Positions 10,573 to 21,164 of a stretch of 56,627 nt of DNA are shown here, in pieces; position 1 is the first letter of the stretch, and every line of letters starts with the position of its first letter. The translations under genes were made by a program, and so were the position numbers. Origin of the DNA: Candidatus Rokuibacteriota bacterium (GTDB lineage Bacteria; Methylomirabilota; Methylomirabilia; Rokubacteriales; CSP1-6); the NCBI GenBank assembly GCA_003220595.1, contig QHSZ01000022.1:1-56627 (forward strand). The letters run 5' to 3'. Below the pieces are notes generated by a model, which saw only the letters and a list, made by a program, of their open reading frames with translations, did no database searches and was not told the origin of the DNA.

Positions 10573-11909
10573 CAGCCGCGGAGCCGGGCCGCGTCGACGC
10601 TCGTGAAGCGCCCCTCCACGAAGGCCGCGTCGTTCAGCACCCGCAGCAGGAAGGGAATCGACGTCTTCACCCCTTCGACGACGGTCTCGCCGAGGGCCCG
10701 GCGCATGCGGGCGATCGCCTCCGCCCGGTCCTGGCCGCGCACGATGATCTTGGCGAGCAGCGAGTCGTAGAAGGGCGGGACCGCGTAGGGCGCCATGAGG
10801 TGGCTGTCCACCCGCACGCCGAAGCCCCCCGGCGGAACCCACGCGGTCACACGGCCGGCGCTCGGGGCGAAGGTCTCGGGATCCTCGGCGTTGACGCGGC
10901 ACTCGATCGCGTGCCCGTCGAGACGCACCGCCTCCTGGCGGTAGCCGAGCGCCTCGCCCGCCGCGATCCGGATCTGCTCGCGCACGAGGTCGATCCCGGT
11001 GACCATCTCGGTCACGGGGTGCTCGACCTGGAGCCGCGTGTTCATCTCGATGAAGTAGAACTGCTCCTCCGCGTCCACGAGGAACTCGACCGTGCCCGCG
11101 CTCACGTAGTTGACGGCCGCGGCGGCGGTGAGCGCGGCCCGGTGGAGCCCGCTCCGCGTCTCGGCCGACAGCGACGGCGCGGGCGACTCCTCGATCAGCT
11201 TCTGGTGGCGGCGCTGCATCGAGCAGTCCCGCTCGCCCAGGTGCACGCGGATGCCGTTCTTGTCGCCGAGCACCTGCACCTCGACGTGTCGCGACTGCTC
11301 GAGGTATTTCTCGCAGTAGATGTCGGACGAGCCGAACGCCGCGCCCGCCTCCGACTGGCAGGCGTCGAAGGCCGCCGCGGCCTCCGTCCGCTGCCGCACG
11401 ATCCGCATGCCGCGCCCGCCGCCGCCGGCCGCCGCCTTGAAGATGACGGGGTAACCGATCCGCTCGGCCGTCTCCAGCGCCTCCGCCGAGTCCTTGAGCG
11501 GGAGCTCGCTGCCCGGGACGATGGCCACGCCCGCCTGCTTGGCGAGCATCCGCGCCTGGGCCTTGTCGCCCATGAGCCGGATCGCTTCGGGCGAGGGGCC
11601 GATGAAGGTGATGGAGCAGGCGCGGCACACCTCGGCGAACGCGGCGTTCTCGGCCAGGAATCCGTAGCCGGGATGGATCGCCTCACTGTCGGTGACGGCC
11701 GCGGCGGAGATGATGGCCGGGATGTTCAGGTAGCTGAGGCGGGCCGAGTCCGGGCCGACGCAGATGGACTCGTCGGCTCGCTTGACGGGCAGGGAGGAGG
11801 CGTCGGCCTTGGAGTGGGCGATGACCGAGCGGATGCCGAGCTCGCGGCAGGTTCGGATGATCCGCAGCGCGATCTCGCCCCGGTTCGCGATGAGAATTTT
11901 ATGGAACAT
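10572..11909 (-). CDS. accC: Acetyl-CoA carboxylase, biotin carboxylase subunit
   Basis: MFHKILIANRGEIALRIIRTCRELGI. ATP-grasp motifs and EMNTRLQVEHPVTE are present. Typical length of 445 aa. Confidence 0.95.
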   Translation of the reverse strand: MFHKILIANRGEIALRIIRTCRELGIRSVIAHSKADASSLPVKRADESICVGPDSARLSYLNIPAIISAAAVTDSEAIHPGYGFLAENAAFAEVCRACSITFIGPSPEAIRLMGDKAQARMLAKQAGVAIVPGSELPLKDSAEALETAERIGYPVIFKAAAGGGGRGMRIVRQRTEAAAAFDACQSEAGAAFGSSDIYCEKYLEQSRHVEVQVLGDKNGIRVHLGERDCSMQRRHQKLIEESPAPSLSAETRSGLHRAALTAAAAVNYVSAGTVEFLVDAEEQFYFIEMNTRLQVEHPVTEMVTGIDLVREQIRIAAGEALGYRQEAVRLDGHAIECRVNAEDPETFAPSAGRVTAWVPPGGFGVRVDSHLMAPYAVPPFYDSLLAKIIVRGQDRAEAIARMRRALGETVVEGVKTSIPFLLRVLNDAAFVEGRFTSVDAARLRG

Positions 11910-11933
11910 GAACGCGATGGGGGCCCGGGCCCG

Positions 11934-13220
11934 CTAGCCGCCGAGGACCCGGCGCCACTGGAACTCGATCTCTCCCATGCCGAGGCCGTACACGCGGGGC
12001 GCGGCTTCGGCGAGCCCGTCACCCGCTCCGAGCCGGGAGAGGAGCTCGCGCATCGCCTCCATCCCGCCCCGGTCCAGGAGGTCGCGGACGACCCAGAGGG
12101 CGATGTCGTAGCCCGCCCGCGCCCGCAGCGGATCGGCGTCGGTCACGAGCGCCTCGACGCCGGCGAGCGACAGGCTCCCGGGGACACGGAGCATCGGGTC
12201 GGCCGAGAGCCCCTCGAGCGCCTGCGCGAGACCCTCGTGGAGCCAGCGCGGCGCGCGCCCGCGCGCGAGGTGGTGGATCGCCGCGTGCGCGTACTCGTGG
12301 ACGATCAGGCGCTCGAGCTGCGCGACGGGCGGCAGCGTCGATGGCAGGGGCAGGCGGATCTTGCCGTCGAAGAGCCCCGTGGCCCAGCCGTGGACCCGCG
12401 TCACGTCCTCCCACTGGCGCTGCTCGTAGAGGACGACGGTGACGCGGCCGCTCGGCGCGTAGGCGAGCGCCCGCGCGACGCGGTCGGCGGCGGCGTCGAG
12501 GGCGGCGACCACCGCGCGTCGCGTCTCCTCGCCGTGCGCGCGCCGGTACTTCACGACGAAGCGCGGCGTGACGATCCGCTGGAAGTCGGCTTCGGCCTGG
12601 TGCTCGCGCTCCACCTTCTCGAGGAGGCGCCGCGCCGCCTCGTGCGCGGGCTCGCGCTCCAGCACGGCGCGGAGATGGCCGAGCGCTCGCTCGGGGCTGT
12701 CGCGCTGGTCGTAGAGGTGGGCCAGGAGCAGCCGCGCCTCGGCGTCGAACTCCGCCGTCACCGCGCTCTCGAGCGGCGCGAGCGCCTCGCCGGGCCGCCC
12801 CGCGTGCACGGCCGCGAGGCCGAGTGCCTTGAGGAGCGAGGGCGCGTCTGGTGTCTCGCCGAGCCCCTGGCGGAAGAGCAGCAGCGCCTCGTCGGGCCGC
12901 CCCTCACGCAGCGCCTGCCAGCCCCAGCCCTCGAAGCACCGGCCGACGTCCTGGCGGCGCGCGGGGCTCCCGGGGTCTTCGTCGGCCGCGCGGGCGAAAC
13001 GCTCGCACGCGCGCGGGAACTGGCCCGCCGCGTAGAGGCTCAGGGCCTCCTGCATGAGCGCGCGGGTGGTGCGGCCCGCCGCCGCGACCGGCACGACGGG
13101 CGGGACCGGCTCCGGGGTCTCGTGGCGCCGCCCCGCCGACCAGCCGAGCCCGAGCGCCAGGATGCTCAGTGCCCCGAGGACGGCGAGGGACCGGAGGCGC
13201 GCACGGCGTGAGACCTTCAC
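11934..13220 (-). CDS. Secreted or membrane-anchored TPR protein with a C-terminal HExxH (Peptidase_MA_2-like) domain
   Basis: 428-aa ORF with an N-terminal signal/anchor (MKVSRRARLRSLAVLGALSILALGLG). TPR-like repeats are followed by LIVHEYAHAAIHH, then WLHEGLAQAL. This is the zinc-metalloprotease HExxH plus a downstream Glu. Confidence 0.7.
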   Translation of the reverse strand: MKVSRRARLRSLAVLGALSILALGLGWSAGRRHETPEPVPPVVPVAAAGRTTRALMQEALSLYAAGQFPRACERFARAADEDPGSPARRQDVGRCFEGWGWQALREGRPDEALLLFRQGLGETPDAPSLLKALGLAAVHAGRPGEALAPLESAVTAEFDAEARLLLAHLYDQRDSPERALGHLRAVLEREPAHEAARRLLEKVEREHQAEADFQRIVTPRFVVKYRRAHGEETRRAVVAALDAAADRVARALAYAPSGRVTVVLYEQRQWEDVTRVHGWATGLFDGKIRLPLPSTLPPVAQLERLIVHEYAHAAIHHLARGRAPRWLHEGLAQALEGLSADPMLRVPGSLSLAGVEALVTDADPLRARAGYDIALWVVRDLLDRGGMEAMRELLSRLGAGDGLAEAAPRVYGLGMGEIEFQWRRVLGG

Positions 13221-13229
13221 GGCGGAGGC

Positions 13230-13709
13230 TCAGCCCGCCGGCTCGATCAGGAACAGGGGCTGCCCGTACTCCACCGCGTGCCCGTTCTCGACGAGGATCT
13301 TCGCGATGCGCCCGCCGACCTTCGCCTCGATCTCGTTCATGAGCTTCATCGCCTCGATGATGCAGACGATCTGCCCCTCCTTCACGACGTCGCCCTCGCG
13401 CACGTAGGGCTCCGCGTTCGGAGACGGGGCGCGGTAGAAGGTGCCGACCATTGGCGCCTCCACCGTCACCCCCGAAGAGGGGACCACGTCCGCGACAACA
13501 GGCGCCGGGGCCGTGTCCACGGGCGCGCCGGGCGCCGGCATCGGCGGCGCAGGTGCCTGGGGGGCGGGCCGCTCGACGCGGACGCGGACGTCGCCCCACG
13601 CCACCTCGATCTCGCCGAGGCCGAGCTCGTGCAGCGCCGCGCCGAGCCGGCGGACCAGCGCGACGACCGCCTGCTCGTTCGTGCCTTGCGGCCCCCGCCG
13701 GCGGGCCAT
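13230..13709 (-). CDS. accB: Acetyl-CoA carboxylase, biotin carboxyl carrier protein
   Basis: Has a Pro/Ala linker and the biotinyl-lysine motif [14 protein letters not shown]. Confidence 0.9.
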   Translation of the reverse strand: MARRRGPQGTNEQAVVALVRRLGAALHELGLGEIEVAWGDVRVRVERPAPQAPAPPMPAPGAPVDTAPAPVVADVVPSSGVTVEAPMVGTFYRAPSPNAEPYVREGDVVKEGQIVCIIEAMKLMNEIEAKVGGRIAKILVENGHAVEYGQPLFLIEPAG

Positions 13710-14281
13710 CAGGCGCCCGCCGCCGCGACGCGGCCGAGATACTCGCCGGTGCGCGTGTCGATCTTCACGACGTCTCCTTCGTTGAGGAAGAGCGGCACCT
13801 GGACCGACGCGCCCGTCTCGAGCCGCGCGGGCTTCGTGCCCCCCTGCGCCGTGTCGCCGCGCACCCCGGGATCGGTCTTGGCGATCGCGAGCTCGACGAA
13901 GTTCGGCAGCTCGACCGTCACCGGGCGGTCGCCGATGTAGAGCACGTCCACCTCGGTGTTCTCCCTGAGATAGTCGCGGGCGTCGCCGACCTCCTCGGGC
14001 GAGAGCGAGAGCTGCTCGTACGACTCCGTGTCCATGAAGTGATAGCGGTCGTCTCGATAGAGGTACTGCATGTGCTTCTCCTCGAAGTCGACGAGCTCCA
14101 CCTTCTCGCCCGAGCGAAACGTGTTGTCGATCACCTTGCCGGACCGCATGTGCTTGAGCTTGGTGCGGATGAACGCGCCACCCTTGCCGGGCTTGACGTG
14201 CTGGAAGTCGGCGATCGTGTAGGGCTCGCCGTCGAAGACGATCCTGAGCCCCTTCTTGAATTCCGCCGTCGAGACGAGCAT
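13709..14281 (-). CDS. efp: Translation elongation factor P
   Basis: [44 protein letters not shown], a Lys-type loop (KPGKGGAF). 190 aa. Confidence 0.95.
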   Translation of the reverse strand: MLVSTAEFKKGLRIVFDGEPYTIADFQHVKPGKGGAFIRTKLKHMRSGKVIDNTFRSGEKVELVDFEEKHMQYLYRDDRYHFMDTESYEQLSLSPEEVGDARDYLRENTEVDVLYIGDRPVTVELPNFVELAIAKTDPGVRGDTAQGGTKPARLETGASVQVPLFLNEGDVVKIDTRTGEYLGRVAAAGA

Positions 14282-14287
14282 CGCGGC

Positions 14288-14959
14288 CTAGCCTTTCCGT
14301 CGCTGGCGGGCGCGGAGCGTCGTCTCGAGCCCGGCGCGCGCCTCGCGGTTGTCAGGATCCTTCCGGAGGATCCGCGTGAAGATCTGCGCGGCCTCCTCGA
14401 CGCAGCCCTGCTCGAGGCAGAGCGCGCCGAAGGCGACCGTGGCGAAGGTGTCGTCCGCGAGGATGCGGCCGAGGCCGCTCACGTCCTCGCCCTGGGGCGC
14501 CGCCGCGCGGAGGAGCGCTAGCAGCGAGCGCGACTCGCGGTCAGCCGGGTCGAGCCGCAGCGCGCTCTCGAGATGGACGACGGCCTGGTCCACGCGTCCG
14601 AGGCGCCGCTGGAGCTCCGCGGCAAGGCGATGGGCCTGGACGTCCTTCGGCGCCACCTCCAGGATCGCGCTCGTCTCCGCGAGCGCCTCCGCGAGCGTCC
14701 CCTCGACCGCGAGCGTCTTGGCGAGGATGAGCCGCGCGGTGGTGTAGTGCGGGTAGCGGGCGAGCCCCTCCCGGCAGAGCGTCACCGCCTCGCGCGTCCG
14801 CCCGGCCTTGCGGTAGAGGTCGGCCAGCTGCGCGAACGCCAGCGATCCGGGATCCCGCTGGAGCCGCTCCTCCTGCCGGCGGATGGCCTCCGCGAGCCCG
14901 GGGTCGTCCATGGACATCCAAGATCGGTTATACGGAGCGCGGCTTTCCGTTGTCAACAC
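14288..14959 (-). CDS. Cytoplasmic TPR-repeat protein
   Basis: The ORF contains several TPR-like units ([30 protein letters not shown] and others). The start is uncertain: GTG 14959 or ATG 14917 (MSMDDPG). No signal peptide. Confidence 0.65.
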   Translation of the reverse strand: MLTTESRAPYNRSWMSMDDPGLAEAIRRQEERLQRDPGSLAFAQLADLYRKAGRTREAVTLCREGLARYPHYTTARLILAKTLAVEGTLAEALAETSAILEVAPKDVQAHRLAAELQRRLGRVDQAVVHLESALRLDPADRESRSLLALLRAAAPQGEDVSGLGRILADDTFATVAFGALCLEQGCVEEAAQIFTRILRKDPDNREARAGLETTLRARQRRKG

Positions 14960-14963
14960 GGGG

Positions 14964-16055
14964 TCACGCCGCGAGTCCTGCGAGGACCGCCCGGATGTCC
15001 GCCGCCGGGACGTCGAAGACGAGGCGGAACGCGCCGATCCGCGGGGCTAGCACGAACGGCACGCGGCCGTCCCGCGCCTTCTTGTCGCGCCCGATCGCCG
15101 CGACGACCGCGTCGGTGTCGATCGCCTCCGCCGTCACCGGCAAGCCGACGGCGGCGAGCAGCCGCTCCTGGCGGGCGACGGTATCGTCGGACGCGAGGCC
15201 CAGCCGGCGGGCCAGCCGCGCCTCGGCCACGATGCCGAGCGCGACCGCCTCGCCGTGGGCGAAGCGCGCGTACCCGGTCGCCGCCTCGAGGGCGTGGCCG
15301 ATCGTATGGCCGTAGTTCAGCACGTGCCGGAGCTCGCTCTCGCGCTCGTCGCGCTCGACGACGGAGGCCTTCAGGCGGCAGGACCCGCCGATGATGCGCT
15401 CGACCACGGGCAGGTCGCGGGCGCAGAGCGCCGCCGCGTCGCGCTCCACCTCGGCGAAGTAGTCGGCGTCGAGCACGATCCCGTGCTTGACGATCTCGGC
15501 CACACCCGAGCGGTACTCGCGCTCCGGCAGCGAGCGGACGACGGCCGGATCGACGAGCACGAGCCGCGGCTGGTGAAAGGCGCCGATCAAGTTCTTGGCG
15601 TTGGGGTGGTCGATCGCGGTCTTGCCCCCGATGGACGCGTCCACCTGGGCGAGCACCGTGGTCGGCACCTGGACGAAGTTGACGCCGCGCATATAGGTCG
15701 CCGCGACGAAGCCCGCCACGTCGCCTACGGCGCCGCCGCCGAGGGCGAGCACGGTGGAGGTCCGGTCGAGACCGAGCGCGAGCAGCTCGTTCCAGCACTG
15801 CCCGGCGACGGCGAGGGTCTTGGCCGCCTCGCCCTCGGGCACCTCGACCAGCGCCACGGAGAACCCCGCCCCCTCGAGGCTCCTGACGACCGTCTTGCCG
15901 TAGAGGGAGCCGATCGCCGCATCGCTCACGAGGGCCGCCCGCGAACCCACGCCGAGCTCGCGGAGGTGCGCGCCGACCGTGGCGACCGCGCCGGACTCGA
16001 CGATGATCCGATACGACCGGAGGCCCAGGTTCACGTTGATGATCATTGAGGTCAT
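14964..16055 (-). CDS. aroB: 3-dehydroquinate synthase
   Basis: GGGAVGDVAGFVAATYMRGVNFVQVPTTVLAQVDASIGGKTAID and the metal ligands HGHTIGHALE. Confidence 0.9.
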   Translation of the reverse strand: MTSMIINVNLGLRSYRIIVESGAVATVGAHLRELGVGSRAALVSDAAIGSLYGKTVVRSLEGAGFSVALVEVPEGEAAKTLAVAGQCWNELLALGLDRTSTVLALGGGAVGDVAGFVAATYMRGVNFVQVPTTVLAQVDASIGGKTAIDHPNAKNLIGAFHQPRLVLVDPAVVRSLPEREYRSGVAEIVKHGIVLDADYFAEVERDAAALCARDLPVVERIIGGSCRLKASVVERDERESELRHVLNYGHTIGHALEAATGYARFAHGEAVALGIVAEARLARRLGLASDDTVARQERLLAAVGLPVTAEAIDTDAVVAAIGRDKKARDGRVPFVLAPRIGAFRLVFDVPAADIRAVLAGLAA

Positions 16056-16131
16056 TCTACCGTTCGGCTCGGACGGCGGGGTCCCTTCGGCTCGCCGGGC
16101 CGCCCCGTGACGTCCAGACGTCCGCAGCGTG

Positions 16132-17307
16132 CTACCAGCTCTTCAGGCTGTCCAGATAGGCGTCGTAGTTGCGGCGGATCTCCTGAAGGCTGTCGCCGCC
16201 GAACTTCTCGAGGAAGGCGTCGGCGAGGACGATCGCCATCATGGCCTCGCCCACGATGCCGGCCGCCGGCACGGCGCAGACGTCGCTCCGCTCGACGACG
16301 GCCTCGACCGTCTCCTTGGTCGCGAGGTCCACCGACTTGAGCGGCGTACGGAGCGTGGACAAAGGCTTCATCGCGGCCCGGACGACGACCGGCTGGCCGT
16401 TCGTCACGCCACCCTCCAGGCCGCCGGCATTGTTGGTCCGGCGCTTGAAGCCGCTCTCGGCGTCGAACAGGATCTCGTCGTGGACGGCCGAGCCCGGCCG
16501 CCGGGCGGTCTCGAAGCCGAGGCCGAGCTCGCAGCCCTTGATCGCCTGGATCGAGCAGAAGGCCTGCGCGAGCCGGCCGTCGAGCCGCCGGTCCCACTGC
16601 ACGTACGAGCCGAGCCCCACCGGGCAGCCGAGGGCGACCACCTCGAAGATGCCCCCAAGGGTGTCGCCCTGGGTCTTCGCCGCGTCGATCGCCGCGATCA
16701 TCGCCGTCTCGGCGGCCGGGTCAGCGCAGCGCACCTCGGACGCCTCGGCGCGCCGCCGGATCTCCTCCCAGGAGAGGTCCAGGTCGGCCGCGATCCGGAC
16801 GGGGCCGAGCTCGGTCACGTGCGAGAGGATCGTCACGGCGAACTCGGCGAGCAGGCGCTTGGCCACGCCGGCCACGGCGACCCGCGCGGTCGTCTCCCGC
16901 GCGCTCGAGCGCTCGAGGACGTTCCGGATGTCACGGTGGCCGTACTTCATCGCGCCCGCCAGGTCGGCGTGGCCGGGCCTCGGCCGCGTGACCTGCTTGG
17001 CGGCCGCGCCGGGCTCCGGGGCGCCAACCGCCATCGTGGACTTCCAGTTCTCCCAGTCGCGGTTGGCGATCTGCAGGGTGATGGGACTGCCGAGGGTGGC
17101 GCCCCAGCGGACGCCGCCGAGGATGCGGACCTGGTCACGCTCGATCTTCATGCGCCCGCCCCGTCCGTAGCCGCGCTGGCGGCGCGCCAGGTCCTCGTTG
17201 ATATCGCTTTCGGCGAGCGGCAGCCCCGCCGGGACGCCGTCGATGACGGCGACCAGGGCCTCACCGTGGGACTCGCCCGCGGTGAGGAAGCGGAGACCTC
17301 CGGCCAT
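16132..17307 (-). CDS. aroC: Chorismate synthase
   Basis: [29 protein letters not shown] and [17 protein letters not shown] 17307 shares one nt with the pilQ TAA (TAATG). Confidence 0.95.
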   Translation of the reverse strand: MAGGLRFLTAGESHGEALVAVIDGVPAGLPLAESDINEDLARRQRGYGRGGRMKIERDQVRILGGVRWGATLGSPITLQIANRDWENWKSTMAVGAPEPGAAAKQVTRPRPGHADLAGAMKYGHRDIRNVLERSSARETTARVAVAGVAKRLLAEFAVTILSHVTELGPVRIAADLDLSWEEIRRRAEASEVRCADPAAETAMIAAIDAAKTQGDTLGGIFEVVALGCPVGLGSYVQWDRRLDGRLAQAFCSIQAIKGCELGLGFETARRPGSAVHDEILFDAESGFKRRTNNAGGLEGGVTNGQPVVVRAAMKPLSTLRTPLKSVDLATKETVEAVVERSDVCAVPAAGIVGEAMMAIVLADAFLEKFGGDSLQEIRRNYDAYLDSLKSW

Positions 17308-19523
17308 TACTTCTGCGGCGGCGCCGGCGGCGTCTGGGCCAGGTCCAGCTTCAGGACGTACGGCGTGATGAAGACCACCATCTCCCGGTTCGGGTCGGTC
17401 GTCCTCGACGTCGACCTGAAGAAGAAGCCGATGATGGGGATGTTGCCGAGGAACGGCACCTTCTGGACGTTCTCCGTCACCTGCCGCTGACGGATCCCGC
17501 CGATGGCGAGGGTCTCACCCTCTTTGACGACCACCTGGGTCGTCGCGGTCCGCCGGTTGATGCTCGGCACGTCGCCGCCCGTGGTGGTGACGAGCGCGCC
17601 CACCGAGTTGTTCTGCACGTTCACGACCATCTTCACCCGGGTGATGTCCCCGGGCTCACGGATGACCGTCGGCGTCACGTCGAGGCTCAGGAGTGCTTCC
17701 TTGAACTGGACCTGGGTGCCGGCGGAGCTCACGGTGGCGTACGGGATCTCGCTGCCGAGCGTGATGATGGCCTTGGCGTTCTCCACCGTCACGACCTCGG
17801 GCTTCGCCAGCGACGTGGTCTTGTTCTGCGCCTCCAGCGCGTCCAGGACGAGGTTGATGTTGATCTTCCGGCTCAGGAACCCGAAGGCGATGCCGGCCGG
17901 CGTGCCGAAGGAGCCGGCGCTGATCGGGAAGTTGACGATGTTGCCGCCTTGCGGCAGCCCGGTCAAGGCGCTGATGGGCAGGAAGTTCCCGAGCGTCAGC
18001 CCCGGGTTGTTGCTGGGCTGGGAGAAGAAGACGGGCGGGATGCCCGTGCCCGATGGGGCGATAGTACCGCCAGTGCGCGTCTGCCCCGAAACGCCCTGAC
18101 CGACCAGCACGTCACCGCCGGTGCCGAGCCGGCGCACCGCCCCGCCGCCCCATGAGACGCCGAGGGCGAAGAAGTCGGTGCGGTTCAGCTCGTTCATTCG
18201 CGCCTCGATCTTCACTTGCGGCAGCGGCACATCGAGCTTCTCGCGAATGAGCTTCTTGATCCGCTCGATCTGCGCCTCGTAGTGGCGGATGAAGATCGAG
18301 TTCGTGGGAGTGTGCGCCATGATCGTGATGCCCTTGGCCAGCACCTCGGCCGTCGGCGTCGGGGCCGGGGCGCCCGGCGCGGGCGGGGGCGCCGTGCCGT
18401 AGAGCGCCGAGAAGGGCGGCATGGCGATCGGGGGCGGCCCCCCGGGCGCGCCGGGCGGGGGGGTGACGGCACCCGTCAGCCCGAGGATCCCCTGGAGCGT
18501 CTTCGCCAGCTCCACGGGGTCGGCGTAGGCCAGACGGATCGTCTCTTCCTTCAGGGGGCCGCGGGCCTGCGCCTCGGCCAGCGCGAACTCGGCCGCGCGC
18601 TGCTTGTCGATCGCCTCCTGCTCCTTGATCTTCGCCTCGGCGGCCTTTGTGCGGATGTCGTTCTCGGCCTTGAGCTTCGACTCCTCGACGCGCAGCTGCG
18701 CCTCGCGCTCCTTGATGAGCTGCTCGGTCGACACGATGCGGATCACGCCGTCCTTGACGACCCGCTGGAGCCCCTTCGTGTCGAGCACCGTCTGGAACGC
18801 GAGATCCCAGGGGACGTTCCGCAGCGTGATCGACATCTTGCCCTTGACGTCCTCGCCGATGACGATGTTCTTTCCGCTCTCGGCCGCGAGAATGCGGAGG
18901 AGGTTGACGACGTCGGCGTCCTTGAAGTCGAACGAGATGAGGTGGGACCCGTTCGCCGGCGCCGGCGCCGGCGTGGGCTGCGCCGGTTGCGCGGCTTGGG
19001 CGACGCGGGCCGACGCAGACTCGGCTTCGGGCGCGCCTTTCGCGGGCTCTTGGGCGGGCGCGGGCGCCGGCGCCGCGGCGGCTTCCTTCGGGGGCAGCGT
19101 CGGGGCGGCGGCCGTGACCGGCGCCGTCGGGATGACGATCGCGAGCCCGTCTTCCTCCTCGCGGATGGCGTAGCCGATGCTCCTGGTCAGCTCGAAGACC
19201 ACACGCGCCACACCCTTCCGGTACTGGCTGCCGCGGATCTGCTTGACGGGGTCGGTCCCGACGGGCAGCGGCGTCTTGCGCCAGGCGTAGACCGTGTTGT
19301 CGAGGTCGATGACGAGCCGGCTTGGACTGTCGATCAGCTCCGCGCGGTACTGCGGCTCCCGCGACGTCTTGACGTGGACGGTGACCGAGTCGGGCTGCGA
19401 GGTCACCGTCACGTCACTCAGGACGGTGGGCGTCGTCTGTGCCTCGGACGACACCGGCGCCAGCAGTGCCCAGGTCAGGCCAACCGCGACCAGCACGATG
19501 GGGATCCGTCGTCGCATTTTCAT
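17307..19523 (-). CDS. pilQ: Type IV pilus secretin PilQ
   Basis: Has a signal peptide and an AMIN-like N-domain ([31 protein letters not shown]). An N0/N1 region and a C-terminal secretin core ([16 protein letters not shown]) follow. Confidence 0.9.
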   Translation of the reverse strand: MKMRRRIPIVLVAVGLTWALLAPVSSEAQTTPTVLSDVTVTSQPDSVTVHVKTSREPQYRAELIDSPSRLVIDLDNTVYAWRKTPLPVGTDPVKQIRGSQYRKGVARVVFELTRSIGYAIREEEDGLAIVIPTAPVTAAAPTLPPKEAAAAPAPAPAQEPAKGAPEAESASARVAQAAQPAQPTPAPAPANGSHLISFDFKDADVVNLLRILAAESGKNIVIGEDVKGKMSITLRNVPWDLAFQTVLDTKGLQRVVKDGVIRIVSTEQLIKEREAQLRVEESKLKAENDIRTKAAEAKIKEQEAIDKQRAAEFALAEAQARGPLKEETIRLAYADPVELAKTLQGILGLTGAVTPPPGAPGGPPPIAMPPFSALYGTAPPPAPGAPAPTPTAEVLAKGITIMAHTPTNSIFIRHYEAQIERIKKLIREKLDVPLPQVKIEARMNELNRTDFFALGVSWGGGAVRRLGTGGDVLVGQGVSGQTRTGGTIAPSGTGIPPVFFSQPSNNPGLTLGNFLPISALTGLPQGGNIVNFPISAGSFGTPAGIAFGFLSRKININLVLDALEAQNKTTSLAKPEVVTVENAKAIITLGSEIPYATVSSAGTQVQFKEALLSLDVTPTVIREPGDITRVKMVVNVQNNSVGALVTTTGGDVPSINRRTATTQVVVKEGETLAIGGIRQRQVTENVQKVPFLGNIPIIGFFFRSTSRTTDPNREMVVFITPYVLKLDLAQTPPAPPQK

Positions 19524-20009
19524 TTAATTTGTCGCCAGTTTGAGTACCACGCGGTTTGAGGGCGCGCCGGGCTTCGGCGTCATTTGGAACACCACGCTGT
19601 CGGAGCCGATCTCCAGCAGGCGGCCATCCCCGAGCGTGTCCCCGGGTCTGAGGATGTATCCGAGGCCTTCAGGGGTCTCGACCAGCGCGAGGGTCGCGCT
19701 GGAGCTCCGCACGATGCCCGTGAGCTTGGCGGCGCCAAGCGATGAGGCCACCACGCCGTCTTTGACATCGAGCGTCTCAAACGGGTCGCGCCGACCCTTG
19801 ATCTCGTACTTCGGGATGTCCGGGCCGGTCACATCGGGAATGGCGGGCGCTGCGGGTGGCTTCAGCGCCGTGGCGGGGTCGGTGGGCGCCGGTGCCGGCG
19901 CGGCGACCGGTGGCTTGGGCATCGCCGGGGGCGCGGGCTCCGGCGAGCCGCCGCAGGCGGCGAGCGCGCCCGTGAGACCGGCGAGCAGGAGCGAGCGTGC
20001 GGCCGTCAC
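19524..20009 (-). CDS. pilP: Type IV pilus lipoprotein PilP
   Basis: GTG start overlaps the pilO stop (GTGA). Lipobox LAAC|GG, a Pro/Ala linker and a small beta-domain are present. It sits between pilO and pilQ. Confidence 0.65.
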   Translation of the reverse strand: MTAARSLLLAGLTGALAACGGSPEPAPPAMPKPPVAAPAPAPTDPATALKPPAAPAIPDVTGPDIPKYEIKGRRDPFETLDVKDGVVASSLGAAKLTGIVRSSSATLALVETPEGLGYILRPGDTLGDGRLLEIGSDSVVFQMTPKPGAPSNRVVLKLATN

Positions 20010-20605
20010 TTCGGCGCCACCGGCGGCTTCGGCGAGCCGACCGGCCGGTACTGGTACGTCGCGAGTGTCAGCTCGGCCCGCACCGCGCGACCCGGACGGT
20101 TGGTGGACGCGAGCCGCATCTCCCTGAGCGTCACAACCCTCGGCATCCGCGCCAGCCGCTCGAGGAACTCGCCGAGCTGGTGGTAGGAGGCTTCCGCGTT
20201 CACCGCGATCGGGATCTCGACGTAATAGTCCTTGACCTGGCCCTCGCGCGGCTGGAAGAGCGCCACGCCGAGCCCGGCCTGCGTCCCCGCGTCGTGGAGC
20301 GAGCGGTAGAGGGTCGGCAGCTCCCGCTCGCTCGGGAGCCGGTCCTTCAGGATCGCGACCTTCACCTCGAGTTCGGCCATCTCGCGCCGGGTGCGCGCGA
20401 GGTCGGCGACCAACGCCCGGGCCTTCACGACCTCATCGCCGAGCGAGGCGTTCTGCGCGCGGAGCTGCGCCAGCTTCGTGTCGAGCGGTGAGAGCAGGAG
20501 GAAGTACGACGCCGCGCCGATGATCACGAGGCCGAAGATGCCGAGGACGATCTTCTGGGGCTTGGGGGCGTTGACGATCGGATCGAAAAGGGGCGGGAGT
20601 GCCAT
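20006..20605 (-). CDS. pilO: Type IV pilus alignment protein PilO
   Basis: 199 aa with a single N-terminal TM segment, a coiled coil and a ferredoxin-like C-terminal part. Called mainly from its position in the pilMNOPQ order. Confidence 0.75.
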   Translation of the reverse strand: MALPPLFDPIVNAPKPQKIVLGIFGLVIIGAASYFLLLSPLDTKLAQLRAQNASLGDEVVKARALVADLARTRREMAELEVKVAILKDRLPSERELPTLYRSLHDAGTQAGLGVALFQPREGQVKDYYVEIPIAVNAEASYHQLGEFLERLARMPRVVTLREMRLASTNRPGRAVRAELTLATYQYRPVGSPKPPVAPK

Positions 20606-20606
20606 G

Positions 20607-21164
20607 CTAGCCCTCGAAGCGGCAGGTGACCTCGAAGGTCACCAAGGGAGACGGCCGGGCCAAGTCGCGCCGGGACACCACGATGTCGACCTCCTTGAAC
20701 TTGCCGGAGTTGCGCAGGTTCTGCATGAAGTCGGCCACAGCGGTCGTGGAGAACGCCGAGCCGGACACCTTGAGGACCAGGTTCCGATCCTCGATGCCCG
20801 TGATCCAGAGGTCTTTCGGCACCATGCTGGCGAAGGTGTCGACGAGCACGATCGTCCGCGCCTGCCCCTTCGTGAGCTCCTGGAGCACGGCGAGCCGCTT
20901 GCGCAGGTCCTCGGTCTGCTCCTTCACCTGGGCGCCCTGACCGAGCGTTGCCTTGAGCTGCGTGAGCTCCCGGGTCTTCTTGTCGATCTCCTCGGTCAGC
21001 ACCGACTCCTCGCTGGAGAGCATCCACCACCAGACGCCGATGCCGCCGGCGGCGACCAGGTAGACGATGAGGAAGAGCCACCCGAGATTGAAGGCCGGAA
21101 GGGCGGGCAGCGCAAAGCCGGCCCCCCGGCGCTTCGCCTCGGGCGCGAGGTTGATCCGGATCAT
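20607..21164 (-). CDS. pilN: Type IV pilus alignment protein PilN
   Basis: ORF 20607..21347 trimmed to ATG 21164 (MIRINLAPEAKRR, the conserved PilN INLLP-like N-terminus). This ATG overlaps the pilM stop as ATGA. One TM segment plus a coiled coil. Confidence 0.75.
   Translation of the reverse strand: MIRINLAPEAKRRGAGFALPALPAFNLGWLFLIVYLVAAGGIGVWWWMLSSEESVLTEEIDKKTRELTQLKATLGQGAQVKEQTEDLRKRLAVLQELTKGQARTIVLVDTFASMVPKDLWITGIEDRNLVLKVSGSAFSTTAVADFMQNLRNSGKFKEVDIVVSRRDLARPSPLVTFEVTCRFEG

Noticed and set aside
10560-10600. A TPP riboswitch upstream of thiE.
   Set aside because: The thiE ATG shares a nucleotide with the accC stop codon, so there is no untranslated leader in which a riboswitch could sit.
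14288-14959. The TPR protein downstream of pilQ-aroC-aroB as a PilF/PilW/Tgl-type secretin pilotin.
   Set aside because: Pilotins are outer-membrane lipoproteins. This ORF has no signal peptide or lipobox with either candidate start, so it is most likely cytoplasmic.
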